Sequence record: OL770073.2
Reading direction: 5' to 3' (one strand)
DNA length: 64,000 nt
Source: Escherichia phage vB_EcoM-RPN226
This document shows, in pieces, positions 58,321-64,000 of this stretch (position 1 is its first letter; each line of letters opens with the position of its first letter). Below the pieces are notes generated by a model, which was given only the letters and a program-made list of their open reading frames with translations, was not told the DNA's origin and searched no databases. The position numbers and the translations under genes were made by a program.

Positions 58321-59349
58321 ATGAAAACTCGTTCTCAAATTGAAGATATGGTTCGTAATGCCAGTTATACTCGTGATGTTATGACATTTTTGTGTGAAAA
58401 TAATTTAGACCCTGATAAAGTTAATCGTGTTATTCATCACTTTAAGTATACGAATAGCAGTGAATGGTTACGTCATTTTAGTAAAGCGGGGTATATTACA
58501 CAAATGACTGCTCGTGAGCAACTCACCGATTTCTGTAAAACCATTGATTATAAAAATCCTCTATTTGTTCAAGGCGTTGGTCAAAGTAAGGTCGATTTAT
58601 CATCTGGATTTTTCAATCCAAATCATTATCGTATTGAATGGAGATTTATTGCTCTGTTCCGTAGACAATTAAAGCAAATTTTGTCGACGGCTAGTCGATT
58701 AAAAGGTTCTGACATTAACTTAAAGAACCTGAAATTTGATGGTTATACTCTTCAGATGGAAGTAAGACCATTAAAAGAAAATAATAGAACTGCACGAATT
58801 AGCTTTAAACCTAATACAAAAAATTCTCTTTCAATTTGCGAATGCCTTAAATCACAGTTGACAGAAGCATTTAAGTATATGGATGTTGTTGCCGCTGTTC
58901 AGTCTAAGATTTTACCTCGTTTTGAGCGAAATTGGGAACATACAACAACGTATGAACTTGATATGATCGTTTCATTTAAATACGATTTTTTGAGAAAGGA
59001 CGAAGTCACGCAAGAGAAAAAGCAGGAAGTGCAAGATAACTTAAATTTAAATTTATCCAATTACTCATCAAACGATCCTAAATTTTGGATGTATAGCTCA
59101 AGCAATATAGATGCATGTAAACTTAATAAAGTGAGTTTTCTTCCTACTGAAAATTCAAATTTTAAACCTGTAGAAAAATGGCACGCTGACGCGATTGAGA
59201 AGTCTCTTAAGGCAGTAGATGATGAACTCGTTAAAGCGACCAATGAAGTGCTAGAAGCTGAAAAGGTGTTAGAACAAGCTCAGTCAAGGGTTAAAAATCT
59301 GACAAAGCAACGTTCTAAACTGAACAATGCACTAAATGCACTGAACTAG
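58321..59349 (+). CDS. hypothetical protein with C-terminal coiled coil
   Basis: 342 aa, RBS taaggaacacc, C-terminal coiled coil. Confidence 0.45.
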   Translation: MKTRSQIEDMVRNASYTRDVMTFLCENNLDPDKVNRVIHHFKYTNSSEWLRHFSKAGYITQMTAREQLTDFCKTIDYKNPLFVQGVGQSKVDLSSGFFNPNHYRIEWRFIALFRRQLKQILSTASRLKGSDINLKNLKFDGYTLQMEVRPLKENNRTARISFKPNTKNSLSICECLKSQLTEAFKYMDVVAAVQSKILPRFERNWEHTTTYELDMIVSFKYDFLRKDEVTQEKKQEVQDNLNLNLSNYSSNDPKFWMYSSSNIDACKLNKVSFLPTENSNFKPVEKWHADAIEKSLKAVDDELVKATNEVLEAEKVLEQAQSRVKNLTKQRSKLNNALNALN

Positions 59350-59378
59350 TTTACTTTGCCACAAGGATGTGGTATAAT
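59349..59378 (+). promoter_or_regulatory. early promoter
   Basis: GTTTAC 59349-59354, TGgTATAAT with TATAAT at 59373-59378. Confidence 0.65.
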
Positions 59379-59406
59379 GTTCTTACTTTCTACTGAGGAG
59401 ATTAAT

Positions 59407-60333
59407 ATGACTCGTAAACATTATATTGATTATTTTGACAGTCTTATTACTAAACACCACAATTATCAGATCGGACACAGAGCAGTAATTAATAATATTC
59501 TTCGTGATTTCCTTCAATATGTTGGCCAGGAAAATCATATCTGTAAAGATACTCAAAACGCTTATTCTCATTCGTTAGGCAATTTGCTTGAATGGTTTAA
59601 ACGTTCTCGTATGTTATCTTCTACTGTAGCTCGCGATAACATTAAAAACTTTATGAAGCCGAGATTCATTAAAACTGCGACATCTATAACCGATTTGGTT
59701 GAATTTACTATTATTAACGATGTTAAAAAGACCCATTTAGCTGATTGGTTATCTACCATTCCTGAAACTAAATTTGCTGATAAATTCGCTTGTCAATTCA
59801 ATGACCAAGTGAATATGCTTTTTAAGCATGCTCGTAAACTATTTACCGCGGGCGATGACCGTACAAATACAGTTCATGTTAAGGACTGGGTTATTGCTGA
59901 TGAAGTAACACACAAACCAGGTGGTTCATCAGTATTAATTAATATCCAGGTTCCTTATTATTACTCACGTAATCTCGGCACCATGACAGCTAGAGAAATT
60001 AATAAGCATAACAAAACTATTCGTTCGTTGTCTTATAAACTCTGCACGATGGTGGAGATGATGGACGTAGTGGAAATGTATGATGAAACCGAAGATAATG
60101 ATTCAATGCTGTACAGTTCACGCATTCTAATTAAACTGAAGAACCCTAATACGTATAAGCCAGTTGTAAAAGAACCTAAAGTAGAAAAGGTTGATAACTT
60201 GAGCGAAGAACGTGAATATCTCAATGCTCGTTTGATTGAAGTTGAAGCCCAAATTGCAGAACACACCAAATTGTTAAAAGCTCTTAATGCAAAAGCAAAT
60301 GGTTTACGTAATGCTATTGAGGTACTGAAATGA
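59407..60333 (+). CDS. hypothetical protein with C-terminal coiled coil
   Basis: start ATG 59407 after GAGGAG, downstream of TATAAT early promoter. Confidence 0.45.
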   Translation: MTRKHYIDYFDSLITKHHNYQIGHRAVINNILRDFLQYVGQENHICKDTQNAYSHSLGNLLEWFKRSRMLSSTVARDNIKNFMKPRFIKTATSITDLVEFTIINDVKKTHLADWLSTIPETKFADKFACQFNDQVNMLFKHARKLFTAGDDRTNTVHVKDWVIADEVTHKPGGSSVLINIQVPYYYSRNLGTMTAREINKHNKTIRSLSYKLCTMVEMMDVVEMYDETEDNDSMLYSSRILIKLKNPNTYKPVVKEPKVEKVDNLSEEREYLNARLIEVEAQIAEHTKLLKALNAKANGLRNAIEVLK

Positions 60334-60626
60334 AAAAGCGCTTATTAGAAGATATTGCCGAAGCTTCAGATTTTCCTGAATGGACTCCATGCGCTGGGTT
60401 TGATAAAGGGCTGCTAGTTACCGACGATTTAGACTTTAAACCTCCAGCATGGGATGCCATTATGGCTATGGTTAGTCGTCGTGAGCAATCTTCTAAGAAT
60501 GTTCCAAACTGTCCAAAGTGTGGTACTGAACAGGTACAATTAGTTCATTGGCAGACTAGTAATCTTCGTTATAAATGTCGTCATTGTAAACACCGATTTG
60601 ACCGAGAAGAAAATGACCAAGCGTAA
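60330..60626 (+). CDS. zinc-ribbon protein
   Basis: CPKCG...CRHCKHRF four-Cys zinc ribbon; ATGA overlap with upstream gene. Confidence 0.45.
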
Positions 60627-60855
60627 AGAATATATGGAGACTGCTGAAAAGGCAGTCCGTGAATTAGCAATAGCTTATTATAATGAACATGGTAAATTTC
60701 CTGATAGATACAGCGTGCTTAAATCAGCTTTAACTCGTTCATATAAAAATATGCTATCAGAAGTAAGTGATATTATATACAAACATAAAGAACAAACAGG
60801 TCAAAGTCTTGATTACGACGAGACTTTTAAACAAGTACTAGGAATTAAGGAATAA
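60613..60855 (+). CDS. hypothetical protein
   Basis: start chosen at ATG 60613 after GAGAAG. Confidence 0.35.
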
Positions 60856-60856
60856 T

Positions 60857-61120
60857 ATGTTTAAAGTATATGGTTATGATAGCAACATCCATAAATGTGT
60901 GTATTGCGATAATGCAAAACGTCTCTTGACTGTGAAGAAACAGCCGTTTGAATTTATCAACATTATGCCAGAAAAAGGTGTTTTTGATGATGAGAAAATC
61001 GCTGAGCTTCTGACTAAACTAGGTCGTGATACTCAAATTGGATTGACGATGCCTCAGGTATTTGCTCCTGATGGAAGTCATATTGGTGGATTTGACCAAT
61101 TGCGGGAATACTTTAAATGA
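60857..61120 (+). CDS. nrdC: thioredoxin/glutaredoxin NrdC
   Basis: 87 aa with CVYC active site; matches T4 thioredoxin. Confidence 0.9.
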   Translation: MFKVYGYDSNIHKCVYCDNAKRLLTVKKQPFEFINIMPEKGVFDDEKIAELLTKLGRDTQIGLTMPQVFAPDGSHIGGFDQLREYFK

Positions 61121-61332
61121 TGTTCGAAGGAACTGATTATATCCATGACTACCGCGGAAGCGCGGTATATGTAGGTGATGAAGTCGCAGTTTATTACGGG
61201 TATGGAACTTTGATGACAGCAAAGGTTATTCAAATTAAAAATGGCCGCGCTAAACTCGAAGTTTATTATTCTAACGGTGAAAGGTCTATTTCTAAATGGA
61301 AATATGGCGATTGCATGGTCAAACTGGGGTAA
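61117..61332 (+). CDS. hypothetical protein
   Basis: 71-aa ORF, ATGA overlap with nrdC. Confidence 0.35.
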   Translation: MMFEGTDYIHDYRGSAVYVGDEVAVYYGYGTLMTAKVIQIKNGRAKLEVYYSNGERSISKWKYGDCMVKLG

Positions 61333-61334
61333 AT

Positions 61335-61505
61335 ATGATTTACGATATTAGTGTATCAAGAACTCCGTCAATGGTTACTATTCCTGCCGAAGAATTAGAT
61401 CGTCTTCAGAAAATTGAAGAGCTTCTTTGGGAAATTGAATCTGATTTGCCATCAGGATTAGAATCCTGGATTGATTATGAAGAACTTAATAAATTGCGAA
61501 ATTAA
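61335..61505 (+). CDS. hypothetical protein
   Basis: start at MIYDISVS after previous stop. Confidence 0.3.
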   Translation: MIYDISVSRTPSMVTIPAEELDRLQKIEELLWEIESDLPSGLESWIDYEELNKLRN

Positions 61506-61515
61506 TTGGTGAAAA

Positions 61516-61836
61516 ATGAATATTGAAAATAAATTAGATGTTGATGCAGTTCTGAGTGAAATCATCGAAGACCATGATGCATTTTCAGAAAATTATGATT
61601 TCGATTTTTCGGATTATCTTAAACCTGTCGAAATAGAAGATTGGGTACAAGATGGCAAATGCCAATATCGGCAGTGTGTTTATTTTAGTCCAAAACATAA
61701 CGTTCATGTGTCTGTAAATGAATCTCGCTCAGGTTCTTACCATTCTGACTGGTATTATGCAGTTCCGACTGTTGAACTAGTCGAGCCCCGTGAACGTGTA
61801 GTAACTCAGACAATACGAGAATGGATTACGCTATAA
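61516..61836 (+). CDS. hypothetical protein
   Basis: 106-aa acidic ORF. Confidence 0.4.
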   Translation: MNIENKLDVDAVLSEIIEDHDAFSENYDFDFSDYLKPVEIEDWVQDGKCQYRQCVYFSPKHNVHVSVNESRSGSYHSDWYYAVPTVELVEPRERVVTQTIREWITL

Positions 61837-61941
61837 AACCCTGGTGGGCGGCTAGATGGGAAACTGTAGAGCCAGAGCCGGAAGAACCGGTTTACACTGA
61901 TGAAGAAACAGTATATAATGAACCAACGATAAATGACTTAA

Positions 61942-62406
61942 TTGATATGGAGATGGGACATGATTACAGTAGATAAGTGGTTTAGAATTAATCGTGCTGA
62001 TAAAGGGCTGTGTAATTATTGGCCGGAACTTAGTGCAGGTACTGTCTTTAAAGTTCGTGAACTTGCAAAAGAATGCGAAGATGATATAGAACCTGATACT
62101 GGAATTATTGAAATTGAACTTTCTGATGGAAAGATTATTAACATCTACGATAAGCCAATTACGTATTGGTGCTTGTGGAATACTGAATCAGTAGAAAATG
62201 GCGAGATTGAAGAAGTTGTAGAACGAGTTGATCAAGCTATTCATAAACCTAAAGCCGCTTTTCAAGGTGAACGCATTTCATATGCATTAGCTAAATTAGC
62301 TGCGCAAGAAAATAACGATGGTTATGAAGGAAATTTGATGCAAGCTGCGGCAGAATATATTGAATGGCTTGAAACTCAAATTTCTTTTTCTGACCGAGCG
62401 TTTTAA
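61942..62406 (+). CDS. pin: hypothetical protein, positional candidate for Lon protease inhibitor PinA
   Basis: 154-aa ORF directly upstream of gene 49 where pin sits in T4; start uncertain. Confidence 0.45.
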   Translation: MIWRWDMITVDKWFRINRADKGLCNYWPELSAGTVFKVRELAKECEDDIEPDTGIIEIELSDGKIINIYDKPITYWCLWNTESVENGEIEEVVERVDQAIHKPKAAFQGERISYALAKLAAQENNDGYEGNLMQAAAEYIEWLETQISFSDRAF

Positions 62407-62425
62407 TACTTGAAAATAATAAATA

Positions 62426-62455
62426 CCCTTATCTATTCAAGGTAAGGGTTTTATT
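62426..62455 (+). terminator. candidate terminator/attenuator between pin-like gene and gene 49
   Basis: CCCTTA-11 nt loop-TAAGGG stem followed by TTTTATT. Confidence 0.4.
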
Positions 62456-62929
62456 ATGTTATTGACTGGCAAATTGTACAAAGAAGAAAAACAAAAATTT
62501 TATAATGCACAAAACGGTAAATGCTTAATTTGCCAACGAGAACTAAATCCTGATGTTCAAGCTAATCACCTTGACCATGACCATGAATTAAATGGACCGA
62601 AAGCTGGAAAGGTACGTGGATTGCTATGTAATCTCTGTAATGCTGCAGAAGGTCAAATGAAGCATAAATTCAATCGTTCTGGCTTAAAGGGACAAGGTGT
62701 TGATTATCTTGAATGGCTAGAAAATTTACTTACTTATTTAAAATCCGATTACACCCAAAATAATATTCACCCTAACTTCGTTGGAGATAAATCAAAGGAA
62801 TTTTCTCGTTTAGGAAAAGAGGAAATGATGGCTGAGATGCTTCAAAGAGGATTTGAATATAATGAATCTGACACTAAAACACAATTAATAGCTTCATTTA
62901 AGAAGCAGCTTAGAAAGAGTTTAAAATGA
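62456..62929 (+). CDS. 49: endonuclease VII (Holliday junction resolvase)
   Basis: 157 aa, zinc-binding CLICQ...CNLCN and HLDHDH motif; matches T4 gp49. Confidence 0.9.
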   Translation: MLLTGKLYKEEKQKFYNAQNGKCLICQRELNPDVQANHLDHDHELNGPKAGKVRGLLCNLCNAAEGQMKHKFNRSGLKGQGVDYLEWLENLLTYLKSDYTQNNIHPNFVGDKSKEFSRLGKEEMMAEMLQRGFEYNESDTKTQLIASFKKQLRKSLK

Positions 62930-63469
62930 CAATTGAAAAAGAAATTGAAGGATTGATTCATAAAACTAATAAAGACCTTTTAAACGAGAATGCTAATAAA
63001 GATTCTCGTGTTTTTCCAACTCAACGGGACCTTATGGCTGGTATTGTGTCTAAACACATTGCCAAAAATATGGTCCCGTCTTTTATTATGAAAGCGCATG
63101 AAAGCGGAATTATTCATTTCCATGATATTGATTATTCCCCTGCTCTTCCATTTACTAATTGCTGTTTAGTAGATTTAAAAGGAATGCTTGAGAACGGATT
63201 TAAGCTCGGTAATGCACAGATTGAAACTCCTAAATCAATCGGTGTTGCTACTGCAATTATGGCACAAATTACTGCACAGGTTGCTTCCCATCAATATGGC
63301 GGAACGACTTTTGCGAATGTAGATAAAGTACTTTCTCCTTATGTTAAACGCACCTATGCAAAACATATTGAGGACGCAGAAAAATGGCAAATCGCTGATG
63401 CGTTGAATTATGCCCAATCTAAAACAGAAAAAGATGTATACGATGCATTCCAAGCTTATGAGTTAACGT
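62926..63469 (+). CDS. nrdD: anaerobic ribonucleotide reductase NrdD, exon 1 (interrupted by group I intron)
   Basis: ATGA overlap with gene 49; reading frame continues into intron sequence; exon/intron junction position approximate. Confidence 0.75.
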
Positions 63470-63667
63470 AAGTCAAGCTCATGTAAAATCTGCCTAAAAC
63501 GGGAAACTCTCACTGAGACAATCCGTTGCTAAATCAGCAGTAGCTGTAAATGCCCAACGACTATCCCTGATGAATGTAAGGGAGTAGGGTCAAGCGACCC
63601 GAAACGGCAGACAACTCTAAGAGTTGAAGATATAGTCTGAACTGCATGGTGACATGTAGCTGTTTAT

Positions 63668-63691
63668 CCTCGTATAAATATGAATACGAGG
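63668..63691 (+). promoter_or_regulatory. hairpin containing late promoter and Shine-Dalgarno of I-TevII
   Basis: 7-bp stem CCTCGTA/TACGAGG; TATAAATA at 63673-63680 in 5' arm/loop; GAGG SD in 3' arm; ATG at 63699. Confidence 0.6.
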
Positions 63692-63698
63692 TGAAACG

Positions 63699-64000
63699 AT
63701 GAAATGGAAATTAAGAAAAAGCTTAAAAATTGCCAATTCTGTAGCATTTACCTATATGGTAAGATTTCCTGATAAGTCTTTTTATATAGGTTTTAAAAAA
63801 TTCAAAACTATATATGGTAAAGATACAAATTGGAAAGAATACAATTCGTCATCTAAGCTTGTTAAAGAAAAGCTTAAAGATTATAAAGCTAAGTGGATAA
63901 TTCTTCAAGTTTTTGATTCTTATGAATCGGCCCTTAAACATGAAGAAATGCTTATTAGGAAATATTTTAATAACGAATTTATTCTTAATAAATCTATAGG
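63699..64000 (+). CDS. intron-encoded GIY-YIG homing endonuclease I-TevII (partial, 3' end outside window)
   Basis: MKWKLRKSLKIANSVAFTYMVRFPDKSFYIGFKK... GIY-YIG motifs; preceded by TATAAATA and hairpin-embedded SD. Confidence 0.85.
   Translation, partial: MKWKLRKSLKIANSVAFTYMVRFPDKSFYIGFKKFKTIYGKDTNWKEYNSSSKLVKEKLKDYKAKWIILQVFDSYESALKHEEMLIRKYFNNEFILNKSI

Larger units (their letters stand above)
63470..64000 (+). mobile_element. group I self-splicing intron in nrdD (sunY-type), partial, carrying I-TevII gene
   Basis: non-coding structured sequence after exon 1 followed by intron-encoded GIY-YIG ORF; 5' boundary approximate; extends beyond window. Confidence 0.65.

Overview
This window reads as a T4-like (Tequatrovirus-type) myovirus segment; all identifications are from reading the ORF translations and motifs against remembered T4 proteins, with no database search run. 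Coordinates 1558-35346 carry the late structural module on the minus strand in T4 order: 24, 23, 22, 21, 68, 67, 20, 19, 18, 17, 16, 15, 14, 13, wac, 12, 11, 10, 9, 8, 7, 6, 5.4, 5.1, 5, 53. From 35394 onward the plus strand carries genes 4, 2, 3, 1, 57A, 57B, an IPI-like gene, an eight-tRNA cluster, nudE, lysozyme e, internal-protein genes, regB, tk, rI, nrdC, pin, 49 and nrdD exon 1 with the start of its group I intron. The module is interrupted by several homing-endonuclease-type genes: two HNH genes (between 18/19 and 13/14), a GIY-YIG gene between 5 and 5.1, segB inside the tRNA cluster, I-TevII in the nrdD intron, and an atypical 503-aa nuclease-like gene antisense between 23 and 24. Many early promoters (GTTTAC -35 with a TATAAT-like -10), late promoters (TATAAATA), MotA-box middle promoters and hairpin terminators are directly visible. 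The most interesting content is accessory: 57B (Acb1 anti-CBASS phosphodiesterase), a positional vs.4/Acb2 candidate, four capsid-targeting-sequence internal proteins, a denV remnant, a GrcA/YfiD-like glycyl-radical protein, a macro-like protein, and an uncharacterised early-gene island (53288-60855) containing a nucleotidyltransferase next to an AAA+ ATPase plus a run of coiled-coil-tailed proteins. No CRISPR array, integrase or rRNA was seen.
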